A DNA stretch of 62,314 bases, the filler included, from Collodictyon triciliatum (Eukaryota): assembly GCA_043381765.1 (NCBI GenBank). It is 7 parts of 7 records of this genome, joined end to end, with 100 filler letters (N's around TTAATTAATTAA, not from the genome) between each part and the next. Parts side by side here need not be neighbours in the genome. Positions count along the whole stretch, not along the records: positions 38,162 to 47,718 come from JBHJMP010002964.1; positions 47,819 to 57,363 come from JBHJMP010002965.1; positions 57,464 to 62,314 come from JBHJMP010003000.1; 4 more parts are not named here. One strand, 5' to 3'. Both the position numbers and the translations under genes were made by a program. Shown piece after piece: positions 39,580 to 57,745 of the stretch. The first letter of the stretch is position 1. Every line of letters begins with the position of its first letter. A model generated the notes under the pieces. It searched no databases and had not been told where the DNA came from. It was given only the letters and a program-made list of their open reading frames with translations.

Positions 39580-41469
39580 ATGGCAAAGAAGCGTAAGTCG
39601 CATAATATACCCATAATTCTACCACATCCATGCGCTGCGGCGAAAGCACAGCTGGCTGTACCGCATACCCACACGCACTTCCCTTACCCTATCTATCTTC
39701 ACAGAGAGCAACCCCAACTGGCAGCCTTTCTTCAGCGGCGCAGCCACTTCCATGCTCACAGCCATAGGTATTTGCTCACTCCACCATAGGCCTTTCGCTT
39801 GAAGCCACATTTGCCTTGCTGTGCCCGGTCAGGCCTAGATGTCTTTTTTTTTTCCCCCCTCTCTCCAAAGGGCGAAAGGAGTCTGCCAATAGAATTGCCC
39901 CAGGAAGAACTGCCATTTCCAAGCCAGTATTCACGTTCCTAACTTGCAGTTCTGCACCCGGCCGACCTCGTCAAAGTGAGGATGCAACTCAGTGGTGAGG
40001 GAGTTGGCATTAGCGTCACCCGCCCAGGAGCCCTGCAGACTCTCGCACAGGTCATCCGCTCCGAAGGTCTTACCGGCGTCTACAAAGGGTACGCATACAT
40101 CCGCACATGCGCTCAAAATAACATCATGTTGTCACGCCTTCCGTTCTTTGGACTGTTGATTGAAACCCAATTGTTGCGCAGACTTTCGGCCTCCTTGGTC
40201 CGCCAGGCTGCCTCTGCCTGTGTCCGCGTGGGCGTATACAACACTCTCGTCTCTGAGATGCGCAATGAAGAAGGTAAAGAATCCAGAGCTGTTGACAACT
40301 TGCCCTTTCCCCCTCGACTAAGCAACCTACTTTATCGCCCCTCTGAAGGCGTCATCCCGTTCCACAACCGCGTTGCTGCCGGGGTTATCGGCGGTGCCAC
40401 CGGTGCCTTCATTGGAACACCAGCCGACGTAGTTATGGTGAGTTAAAGCGTTGGAACTCACACACGAAACACTACCAGCATGCCACTCCCAGACTCTGTT
40501 CTCTTGCATCCCTCGCTTTTTCATCCAGTCGGGGCTCTCCCGCTGATGCTGACTCACTCGGCCTCAGGTTCGCATGCAAGCCGACGGAAGCCTGCCCCAC
40601 GAGCAGCGCCGCAACTACAAAAATGCCATGGACGGTCTTGTCAGACTTGTTCGTGAGGAGGGCTTCTCTGTCTTGTGGAAGGTAATGCCTCCCAGGACTC
40701 TCACTTCGCCTGGCCCTGCGGTGCATCAGACTCGACACTTCCCTCATTGTGCCCAATTCACTCACACATATCTCTCTCTCTCTCTCTTGTCATGACTCAG
40801 GGTTGCGGCCCCACCGTCATCCGCGCCGTTGTCGTGACAGCCTCCCAGCTGGTTACGTATGACGTTGTCAAGGACAACCTAATTCAGCACACAAGCTTGA
40901 GCGGCATTCCGCTACACTTCTCGTCCAGCATGGTTGCTGGGCTCTCTGCCGCCGTTCTAAGCTCCCCAGTGGACGTCATCAAAACCCGCCTGATGACCCA
41001 AACCGACGGGCACTACAAGAATGCCATAGATTGCCTCGTCAAGGTACTGCGTCCGTCTAACGCACAGACCAGCCATGTCATTTCATGCGGGTTATCATTC
41101 TATCATGTAATCCAGCCCCGCTGCCTGCCTGTTGAACATTTTCTCCCTCTCACTCAGACTGTTCGCTCCGAAGGGCCCCGCGCCCTGTACAAAGGTTTCC
41201 TCCCGAACTACCTTCGCATTGGCCCGCAAACAGTCCTCGTAAGTCTGCACCCAAAAAAAGAAACACGGCGCTCAACTTGTGTGCGATGCGGCCAGCACTG
41301 AACCCAGCACTACTAACCACACGTCCTGCATCCCCAGAACTTCCTGATCATCGAGCAGGTTAACAAGGCAGTCAAGTGGGCTATCAACACGCCCCAAACC
41401 AAGTCTCCCGAGCTGCCCGTCTCCGACAGCCACCGCCCAGCTGCCGCCTCACCTTCTAGCCAGTCATAA
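39580..41469 (+). CDS. Mitochondrial carrier, dicarboxylate/2-oxoglutarate (SLC25A10/A11-like) subfamily
   Basis: Three Px(D/E)xx(K/R) signatures (HPADLVKVRMQ, TPADVVMVRMQADG, SPVDVIKTRLM); RRNYKNAMDGLVR, TVIRAVVVTASQLVTYD, YKGFLPNYLRIGPQT. Confidence 0.92.
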
Positions 41470-41977
41470 ATCTATACTTCCCCCTTCGCCTCATCCTCCA
41501 ACCTTCTCCATCCACAAGTCTCTCCTACTAGACACCTTCTATCCAATCTCCCTTCCCCCCTTCTGAAGCCCACAGCGCATCCGCCGATATCTGTCAATGC
41601 CTTCATAGAGTAGAACCACCACAACATAAATCAACTCTGTAAACTGAGACTGGTAGGTGAATCACGTAGAACATTTTGCTTCACGTCAACAAGCCGCCCG
41701 GTGGTGTGTGCAAGACCGGAGCAGCTGTGACTCTGGCGCCCTGTCCCTGTCGCCTGTACCAAAGGTAGATAGCAGACTCTCTTTGTCAGTATTTATTGCA
41801 CTTTTGAGGAAGATTGCGCGTGTTCTCCCGCTGCATCTTTTGGCGTGGGGTGGCGATTTGAGAGTGGGGAGAAATAGAAAAGCGTAGCGCCCAAATCCGG
41901 GTTTCAAGTTTGAAAAAAAAAAAAAAGAGTTTGAGAGATAACGAAAGGAAGAAAACGGAAAAATCAAACAGTGCATA

Positions 41978-47444
<5,467 letters not shown>

Positions 47445-47718
47445 TCTAACAACTTCTGACCTTTGTGAGCCGCTCTCTCTTTCTCTCTTTCTCTCTTTCT
47501 CTCTTTCTCTCTTTCTCTCTTTCTATTTTGGATAAACAAAATGAAACATAATTGAAAAATAAAAAAAATGGTTTGAGGTTTTTTTTTCATTTGTATATGT
47601 GTATATATTCTTTTCTTCGGTTGTTCGTCGCTACCACTACGACTTTTGTTCAGGAGCCTTTCTGTTCAACGCCAATAAAAAAAAAAAAAAAAAAAGAAGG
47701 AAGAAAAGAAGGGAAGAA

Positions 47719-47818
47719 NNNNNNNNNNNNNNNNNNNNNNNNNNNNNNNNNNNNNNNNNNNNTTAATTAATTAANNNNNNNNNNNNNNNNNNNNNNNNNN
47801 NNNNNNNNNNNNNNNNNN
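47719..47818. other. Artificial scaffold linker
   Basis: N-TTAATTAATTAA-N, 100 bp. Confidence 0.98.
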
Positions 47819-47997
47819 TTTGTTTGTTTGTTTGTTTGTTTGTTTGTTTGTTTGTTTGTTTGTTTGTTTGTTTGTTTGTTTGTTTGTTTGTTTGTTTGTT
47901 TGTTTGTTTGTTTGCTTGTTTTTTTTATTTTTGTTTCTTTTTGGGGGGTTTTATTATGGCTTTTCTTGTTGTTGAAGACGAAGTGGCGAGAGCTCAG

Positions 47998-50900
47998 CTA
48001 TTTTGGATGGCCATTTCGACCCTGAGCTTTGCTTTGTGAAACCGAGTATTGTAGCTGCCGGCGCTGAAAATAGTTATCTGCTGTAATGTCACCTCGTTGT
48101 GCACTTAACTTAGATGATTTCGGGTTGTAGGTTTGGATTGTCGCAACCTTCGACCTCCATGGGCCTTCTGGGGTGGGATGGTTGGGTGATTTAGCATCTT
48201 CGGCTCGAGTTTCTGCGTCCGCTCGTTCCTTTTTCTTTTGAAGGAATTTCTGGGCATTCTTGAAAGACTTTTGCGCCTTTTCATCTCCCGGAAATTGTAC
48301 TAATGAACCCCTGTAGCTCGCGAGGTAGTGAGCAGCGTATAATTCTAAAAGCTCACCTTCTTTCGCTTTAGATGGCATGCCTGTGTTTTGGTATAATACG
48401 GGAACATAATCCATATCCAAGCACCCAACAATCCGAATCTTATCTTTGTCAAGGGTATTTTCCACCATCACCAAGAAATATTTTCCCTTTGAAAGCATAT
48501 CAGAATTGTCTGAAAAGCAAGAAATCTCGTTTCTAGAAATCTTAAAGCGTCCATCCCACGCACCGGCGCATCCTTTGATCTCAAAGTAACAGAAAGTATT
48601 CATAGAGTCACTAAATAGGCCCAGCGTATCGCAGATGCAAAAGTCATAACCTTTAGAATTATCAACAGTCGTTCCTTTTGACGGAAAAAATAAGAGCCTG
48701 GAAGAGGAAACCCAGTTATCCAACGGATTGTAAGATACATATTTTGATTTTAGGAACTTATGAAACAATTCTTCAGCTTGGATGCCAGATTCCTGAATTG
48801 AACGAATAAATTAATTAATAAATTAAATTATGATTTAAAAAAAAAAAGAGTCATATCTTAAAATAAGCCCTTGGCCTTAAAATAGTTGCGAAAAGAAACA
48901 GATGAGAAATAGTTATTGATTACTTCGTCTCCTTTGTAAAGAAGCACACGACTAATGTCGTCTACAGGTACGCCTTTAATATCTATGATGGAATCGGTGG
49001 ATAAGTCTCTAAAGGCAACAGTCTCTGAATTTTCGGGACATTCTCTTGTGGTAGGTGCTACACCCGCGCTGGTTGGGCTGATTTCTTCAGACTCCGATTC
49101 TTTTTTATCCTCGTTGTGTTTGAAAGCCTTCGACTGTATTGTTTCTAATACAGCGTTTGTCTCAGTGGATGAATTATCCTCCACTCCTTTATTCCCACCC
49201 AATACGCTAGCGGATTCACCTGTTGCTTTCGTGACCTTCGACTTAGATGTGCGAGGCTCCTGTTTTATATTTTTAAGTTCTAATTAAATCAAAGAATTTT
49301 TAAAATTCTTACCCTGCTAGACCTTTATTTCTAAAAGTAATAAAAATAAAAGTAATAAAAATAAAAGTTTCTGCTTTGATTTCGTACAGGTCTATTTTTT
49401 CCGTCACTGCCTTGCGAGTTGTATTTTGGTTCCGTGTTGAGTTCCTGCAATGGTATTTCGGTGAGGTCTGGTTCCTCCTCTATCAAACTAATCATGTTAT
49501 GTATTTCTAGCTCGGCTTCCTTGAAAATTTCTGCTGTGCTTCGCTCAAAGTTACTGTCACCGGAATCTTCACTAGATACATCCATTCTCATCCATTTTGA
49601 TTCTAGCTCGAAGCTTTCACTTGAAAAAACAACATTTTGCAACGATATTGTCTAGATCAAATAGTTTGAGTATTATGAATTATAATAAAAAAAAATAATC
49701 AGAGTTAAATACAAATGAAGTAGAAAGAAAAACTGTATTAATGAGATAAATTACCTCAATAGGAATTTCTTCAAATTCTCCTTCGAACATGCAATTTTCT
49801 TTGATTAAAGTATATGAAATTTCTTTGGCCTTTGTAGATTCAAATCCTTTGCTTATCAGATATCTAAATACTGCCCGTCTGGCTATAATTTCTTTTCTGG
49901 TTTTATCGTGAATAAATCCTATGGCCAGAACTATGATATCTGAAAAAATGAAGTAGGGGAGCTTACATTCAAAGTTCGAGGCAGTAAGTAACGGTTTTGA
50001 GTGATGTGATAATAAGTTTTGTACAATCACTGAGCTACTGATATAATTGCATGTGTAGATTGACGCATTTTCCAGTCTAGAAAGAATCCTTAGGCGACGG
50101 GATAAATTTTTTTCATGCCTTTCTGAAGCCTTTAAAGGGTGTGTTATCATGAGTTCCAACTCTTCAAGATAAGGAATTTTCATTAATCCAACAATGTAAG
50201 GGTAATTCTTGGACAGGCCATAATGAAGCACATGTTGAATATTGTTAAAGCTAGCTGACTCTTTCGCCCATCTCATTAAAGGAACGCATATCGAAGCCCT
50301 TGTAGTTTCCTTCCTCCAAGAAATAGTGATAGAATCGTCGCATAAGTACAGTGGTATGATTTGGCATAGGTCCGATTTTGTTGCTCCCCTAATTTCTAGC
50401 TTACTACCACAAAATCGGCTTGATGTCTCTCCACCATGATATTTGATCCACTTTTTGATGTTTCTATATACTTCTTTATATGTAGGGTAAATTGATTGTA
50501 AATCTTGTTGTTGATCTGCTAATACATCAAAAGCTTCCTCAGCCATATTCTCTCTTGATTGAGATGAATTTGATTCACTTATTACTTTTTCAATCATTAA
50601 TCGGGTCTGCAATTCAGCATTGAAACAGCTAATTCCTTTTTTACCCTCGAAAGAAATTCCCTCTACAATTTTCTCAATTAGTCCATTCATGTATTCATAG
50701 ACATGAAAAAAGAGAATTCTCCCATGCGGCTTTAAAAAAGCTGGGTTATCACCTCCATAAGAGCAAAACAATGAAAGGTCGTTGTGCATGCCGTGCAAAG
50801 CAACTATGCAATCACTTATCGTTGGTTTGCTCTTACTGCCCAAGATATTAAGGGTGCTTGTTAGTTTCTCATAAGGGTCATCGCGCCTACTTGGTATTAA

Positions 50901-53900
50901 GGTTTTCGATGTATACTTGCATATAGTTGTGAGCGCCTCAGAGTAATCGACAGACCGTGTTATGATATTTTTCAATCGAACAAAGTCTCCTCCATGTTTG
51001 TAAGGAACATCTGGTACGAATATTTCGATATTGCCTATTTCAAGAAAATCTCCTTTATTGCAAGTTCCTGAAGAGGTGACAAAGGCTTGTAATTGAGACA
51101 GCCAATCGATGTATTTCTTTTGGTCTTGTACGTTTCTATCTCTTAGTGATCTGAATATTTTTGAATATAATCCAACTGATTTATCGCACTGAATACCCAT
51201 CAATTTAGCCATATTCTCAATCTTTCTGGGCACTTGAACAGACCAAATGTCTTCATTACATAGAGCTTTTGATACAGCCTCTTCAATTGGCAGAAATATT
51301 GGCTCCTCTCCTTCCAAAGTAACTCTGATGAGTTGCTTTCTCATCCAATATTTTGCACTCGTTTCCATTTTTTGTAACACGTCCTCTAGATCTTCATGAA
51401 ATGGTGTCATAATCTCTAGAGCTGGTATTTTCTGAGGTTCAGGAAGAGGAGTTATAAAGTAAGGTAACTTAACTCCTATCTTAAGTAAGAAAGTCTCCCA
51501 CTTAATGCATTCATTTATATCAATATCTGTATCCGGATTGATCCAAAATGGAGAACAAAATTCTCGAAACTTAGCGTATCCTCTGTTTTGAATCGAAAGA
51601 GACAAAAAAGTGGGTAAAGAGGTCATTTCTGCTGGATTACATTTTGTCCAGCCTAATTTCAGTTTTGTTTTGCTCGAAACTGGAACCAGGATACGAGAAG
51701 TAAAATCACTGTTTCTGGATTGTATTAAAGCGGATACATTTTGATACAGGGGAAAATTCTCCCTTAGAAATTTGAGCTGGCTGCAAATACAACTCGTTTT
51801 TATATTTTCTTTTTTATCAAATATATCCATATGGTGGTAGACTATGTGCTCGACAACTGGTTTTTTCTCCAATCTAATTCCAATCATATCTAAAATGGCT
51901 CTCTCGTCTGATGCACCGTCATCAACCACCAGTATTGTCTCTTCAGAAAACAACAAGACAGAAGCACATTCTATAACATCAGAATCTCTAAGTTTTATCG
52001 ATGACTCGTTTGTCACGTAAACTCTACTTATTCCATGGAGCGATATTCGATCTTCCGTGAAAACTAATTGTCCCTCCGATTGTTGAAGGGTGATAAACAA
52101 AGGATAATTCTTCAAAGATTCCATGAAATCCAGGGGCTTGTTTCTCGATTCTTCCAGAATCAAAGAAAACAATATTTTCCACCACTCTTTATTACTCTTT
52201 TGTTTCTTTAATAGTCCCTGTCGTTTTCCACTTGGTTTGTGTTGTAAACATTCAAGTACATGAATTACACTTAGTTCAGGAAGGCACTGCAGTAGGTCTT
52301 TAGGTATCACTTTGACATCCTCTCCAGGTATAGGCTTGTCGTGATACAGAATGATTTTTTTGATATCTTTTAATTGAGACGGTTTAATAAGTGATGCTAT
52401 TGTTTCACTGTATTGGTGAGGTGAGTACACATCTTTACTTAATAAATTGGACGCGTTTTTCTTGTACCAATCTTTTATTTCCAACACAAATTCTTTCCAC
52501 CAAGGTGACATTTCACTTGTAGTTGACGGGAAATAACTACTGAAGTTTTCTTTAAGATAATCGCTGCGTTCGAGGGACAGTATGAACAAGTTATAAACTT
52601 CATTCCTAATGAATTTATTAAACTCGTTTTCTCTCACCGATTCTCTGTTCGTCACTAAAATCCAATCAGATTGTATGGCAAAAGGCAATCCTATATCCAT
52701 AACAGGCAAGAAAGCGAATATTGGATTGGATCTTTTTTCTGACTTTGAAGTTGAATTCTTTGGGAACATCAAAGATACCACTGCCCTCTTACTTCCCGAT
52801 CTTGATGGCTCTGAATCTACTATATAAGAGGGTAAGTCAACATGGCGACTAACAAAAAGAAATTCTGAATTCTTTTTGTGGGTTATTTTCAGTTTGATAT
52901 CTTCTACAGCTTCCTGAATTACTATATCTTTGAATAGTAATTTTGCAACTTCAGAACTATCACCGGCATCTGAATTTATGGGCAATACTACTTCAAATTG
53001 TGAACTGGATAAAAAAGAATACTTTGCTACAAATTCATGTGACTGAATCTCTATTGTGTGTAACTTATTCAAAAATACCAGAGTCAGGGGGTCAAATTTC
53101 TGCTTAATTGAATCAAAAAAATCCGATCTCTTGAAGCGTTCTTTTAATGGTAAAAAAATGATTGTATTCTCTGGATATTGAGACAGAATGTCGTCCAACT
53201 CTGGATTTAATGAATCAAGCCAGTGTGGTGTTACATATGAATCTACTTCATCTTTTCCTTTCTTAAAGCAGAATCTCCAGTCTCTCGATACGATGGTTGG
53301 ATTTTCAGTAATTGCAAAGACTGACTTGAAACCGAGTCCTTTCTGACCAATCGAAATTCCTCCTTCTTTTGTACTTTGTGAAAGGCTGCAGAGAGATAAA
53401 ACATTTTTCGCAGAGAATCCTTTTTCATTGTTGATGAATGCGATATAGTCATGTCTGAACCTCAATACAAGCCCGGGTTTGATGTCGTATTCGTACTCGT
53501 TGTCGTCACAATTTTGAATTATTTCGTTTATGAAATGTGCAGGTGAGGAATACAGCTCACTTCCTAGGTGCTTTAGAGAACCACATACTGATTTCCTCAT
53601 ATTTCTAAGCATGACACGCCGTTTCTGTATTCTTACAGTAAAATCCTTTGCTAAATGCAAGCTTGAAGAAACATTTATCTCAGACATTACTCTAGTTAAC
53701 TCAGAGTCTTCAAAGTCATCGCAGTCAAATTCATTTTTTGCGTCAGAGACGTCTGGGAATTTTAATGAAATTTGATCAGGAGAATTACTACGTAAAATTT
53801 CCAAATCCAATCTCCTGTAACTTTTCAGGGATTCCTCAACTTCCTTTATCTTTTCCTCCGCTTGTATTCTCATGTGCACTTCATTTGAGTAAATTTCATT

Positions 53901-56900
53901 CGACTTGCTTAGTTTTTTCTTGAGAAGTTCGATTTCTTTTTTCAGCCCATCAATTTCAGATTCCTTAGCTTCGATTTCTGACTTGTTTTCCTTAATAATA
54001 TCATTCTTCAGCTCTAGGTTTCGATTGGCTTCCTCTAGAGAGAGAGTTAGATATTCTTCATTACATTCCCGCGTTTCTTTGGCATATGATTTATTTCCTT
54101 TAAACCACGCCGTTTGATGTGTTTTTGTCGTCTTTTTTGCTTCTGTACCAAGAAACTGTAGTCTAGATCGGAAGACACGATTTCTAAAATGTAGGTATCG
54201 AAGGTCGTGTTCATTTTTCTCCAGTGATGCTGAATTCGCATCTTCAACACTTATATTGTCATTTTCTTCTTTCTCAATCAATGATACATTTTGGACTCTT
54301 TTTAATTGAATAATGTTGGAACTTTTCTTCGGAATTTTATCAATACTGGGGAGTATATCATCGTCAAATTCACCGCTATCGTGCCCATCATCACTATCAG
54401 AAGTCTCTGATGATGAATCATCCTCGGTATCTTTGAATCTATTATCATTAATGTGTAGTAATCCTACGTAAAGTTCACTAGGAAAAATGGTTTTTGCGAT
54501 AAATTCTCTGGCAATTAACTCTTTCTTAAAATCTAGTACGCTGTTCATAAGAGTATGTCTGAACTTGCGAATGAGAGCTTTTGATTCAAAAGGGCCTACA
54601 GATATTAGGGATACTAAAAGTTTGCATGCAAATAATGAAAAAGCCACTCTAATTTTTTTAATCATAATTTTGTAATCTTGTACAAGCGTCACGGAATAGG
54701 CTCTAAGTCTGATGAGTTCTTCTATATTAGATTCTCCCTGAGACGCTATTTGGTCCGTATATCCATTTTCTTCACTCTCGTTTGACTCTTTGCTTTCTTC
54801 TTCATCTCTACTATCTTCGGATATTTTTTGTGATTGGTTCCCAATATCTGTTTCCATATTTTCATCATCACTATCTCCATCAAGTCTTCGTGCTCTTGGT
54901 ATTTCATCACGCGTCAATATATCATGACTCCACATATCTTCAGCGTCTTCGGTCTGAGGTACTCTATACATACACTCGTAACCAGATAATGTTGAGCGTT
55001 GTATTACGTTAAAGCATAGTGTGGTGTCCTCGGCTCCAAAAAATATGCAAGTATGTGGGTAAGTTGAAAAAAGCTTGCTTATGGTGGCTAAATTAATCTT
55101 TTTCTTTGACTCAAATCCAAAAAAGGAAAACAAGACTTCGCTGATGGAGGATGACATGGACCTTGATTGATGTGAATTTGTATTGAATCTGTCAATCATT
55201 TCCAGGAAAAATACCATATAGCGAGAAAGGCCCTTCCATATCGATTCTATTAGAGATATTTCTTTGTGAGGGCGCTGAGTGTATTTACTGCGAAAAAAAT
55301 AGTTGTTTAACTCAATCATCTTTTTTGTATATGTGACACTATCAGCGTCCATTATCATTTCGACAAAAACGAGTCCTTGCATACTAAACACGTGGGGTAA
55401 ATTTGGAGCAAAAAGCTGATATATTAACTTATAAAGGGCATTCGAACTGGAAAATGCCATATGTCGAAAAATTGGATGAGATAAAATTTCTCTTAGGCAC
55501 CAACACAGATCCAAAATGTTAGATATCAGAGTGTCTTTTGTTGGGTCCTCACTCCCACCAAGAAATTCTTGTTCTTTTTTTGGAACGATTCTTGTATGCT
55601 TTGATAAAGTCCATCTGCTGATTCCTCCCTCAAGAAATTGGTTGGAACTTTTTTTAAGCTCCTCTTCCGAAGGAAAGTTCGCAATAAATTCCTGTCAATA
55701 AACGAATTTTTACGTTAGTATGTAATATTGTAATGTACGCGAAGATATTGCGATATACGAGAGATAGTATATCATGCGCCTATATTTTTTATGACTACAA
55801 AGTTACCTCGACATTTTTCATGACACACTCGCAAATGTCATCAACGACTTGAATATGGTTGTTTAATATAATATATCTCAATTTGTTTTTGGAATCCTTC
55901 GGTAGTCGCTGGAATATTTTTTCAAAATAATTGACAAACTCCTCAGTATAAATATTCCAGCACGGGGCATCCGGTTTAATGGCATAACTGATTGTTTGAG
56001 GTAAATTGTTCGATATATTTTCATGTCGATAAATGTGTGTCGACGTTATCAGATCGAAATTTCTAGGAACTCCAAAATCCGGTTTTCTTTTGAGAGTTTT
56101 CATTTGATGCGGGAAAAAGGTTGGTATAATCTTTGACTTGACAATATTCTTGACTAAATCGAAAAAAGGAATAAAAAATTCGTCAATTTTAGAAAACATA
56201 TCAGTATTCCATTGTAGTAACTTGCCCAAAAATTTTTCGTCGTAGAGGGTTGCTGTTTCAATTAGATGGACGTCTTTTTTAAGTTCAATCAATTTCCCGT
56301 AGAATTTATCCAAAAAGAAACTAATACTTTTCAAGTGTATTTTTGCATTCATGGTGTGCTCTGAGCGCTTTAGGACACTGAGGCGTGAATCAACAGACTT
56401 CGATAAAATGGTATGCATGGGTACCAAGACAAGGTCACTTATGGCCAAGACTCGAGGTTGTATGAAACAGCGATCACTCATCAAAATGATGTACCGGTGC
56501 GGAAGCTAGAGGAGATTTACACAGAATGAGCAAAAGTAGAATAGAAACTAGTGGTTCGATTAGAACTAACAACTGCTTTTGAAATATTTTGAGTATTTTT
56601 TTGATAAAATAGTGTCTATTGCCCCACTTTTCCATATTAGTTCTTTTAGAAATGGTCAATTCAAACTTTACATATAAACATAAATTATTACATACCAAGG
56701 TCTCGTCGTTGTAAGAGAAATTACTATATAATATAAGATCCAGCAGTTCGGTGTAAAAAGCATCAAAGTCGGAGAAGGTTGGTGAGTTGGAATCTCTTTC
56801 TGTTTCATGGATAAATCTCTGAACCTCACGCTCCCACACGTCCGAAAATATGCTTGTCTCATGTAAATCGGGGGAAACTGAATAACTAGTCTCATTTTGA

Positions 56901-57181
56901 CTTTTTGCTTCAAATTTGACCTGAATAACCTCTGGGCGCAAGGTTAAGTCGTCGGTATTTTCATGCTCCGCTTGCAAGGAAGTATGTGCATCCTCTATCA
57001 CTTTTTTTACTGAACGGAAGAACCGGTCTGCAAAATACATGTCAGTGCTAATACCGGTACAAATGATAGTGACTTTTGGATGTTTTAAATCACTCCATGA
57101 GAATTCTGATGCCGTTGATTCTGTCACATCTGAGTAGCCTTCCATCCCAACACAAAAAGACGGTGATTCTTTCTCTTTGTC
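47998..57181 (-). CDS. Giant (about 2,900 aa) sacsin/NO VEIN-like GHKL ATPase with C-terminal DUF3883-like PD-(D/E)XK nuclease domain
   Basis: ELYSSPAHFINEIIQNCDDNEY, NNEKGFSAKNVLSLCSLSQSTK, IGQKGLGFKSVF, FAFLPV...GLPFAIQSDWILVTNRE (sacsin/NOV ATPase module); last exon GYDF...YFEIKG...FKISRNE (DUF3883 pattern); coiled coil preceding the ATPase. Confidence 0.85.
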
Positions 57182-57262
57182 CTACTCGCCTTTCGTATTG
57201 TCTACAGAAGAAATGGATACTTTTAGCAAATGTCCGTAATGTTGTTGATTATTGGGTATCAG

Positions 57263-57363
57263 GCTCTTTTTTTATGCTCTTTTTTTATGCTCTTTTTTTA
57301 TGCTCTTTTTTATGCTCTTTTTTATGCTCTTTTTTATGCTCTTTTTTTATGCTCTTTTTTTAT
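57263..57363. repeat. About 12-bp tandem repeat (T-run + ATGCTC) at scaffold end
   Basis: ttttttatgctc units repeated about 8 times. Confidence 0.85.
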
Positions 57364-57463
57364 NNNNNNNNNNNNNNNNNNNNNNNNNNNNNNNNNNNNN
57401 NNNNNNNTTAATTAATTAANNNNNNNNNNNNNNNNNNNNNNNNNNNNNNNNNNNNNNNNNNNN
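57364..57463. other. Artificial scaffold linker
   Basis: N-TTAATTAATTAA-N, 100 bp. Confidence 0.98.
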
Positions 57464-57745
57464 AAACAAAAAAACAAAAAAACAAAAAAACAAAAAAACA
57501 AAAAAACAAAAAAACAAAAAAACAAAAAAACAAAAAAACAAAAAACATAAAACATAAAAACAAAAAAACAAAAAAAAACAAAAAACAAAAAAAAACAAAA
57601 AAAGGGATTAGTGAATAAGCGGATAACTAGCCAGCCTAAATATACGTACGATAAGAACAGCAGCTACACAAATCCCCACACAGTTGCGGCACTCTCCAAA
57701 GAAAACTAACGCAATACCATAAAATCAAAACATAGCAGCAACCAA

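Noticed and set aside
39140-39600. Coding-like sequence with LCVCGQSQ, reminiscent of a non-LTR retrotransposon C-terminal zinc knuckle
   Set aside because: No His/Cys completion, no reverse transcriptase motifs, and stops in all frames.
55795-57145. Overlapping ORFs 56474-57145 and 55795-56484 suggesting a programmed frameshift
   Set aside because: A GT-AG intron of about 43 nt (CTA|GTTTCT...CTCTAG|CTT) joins the two frames normally.
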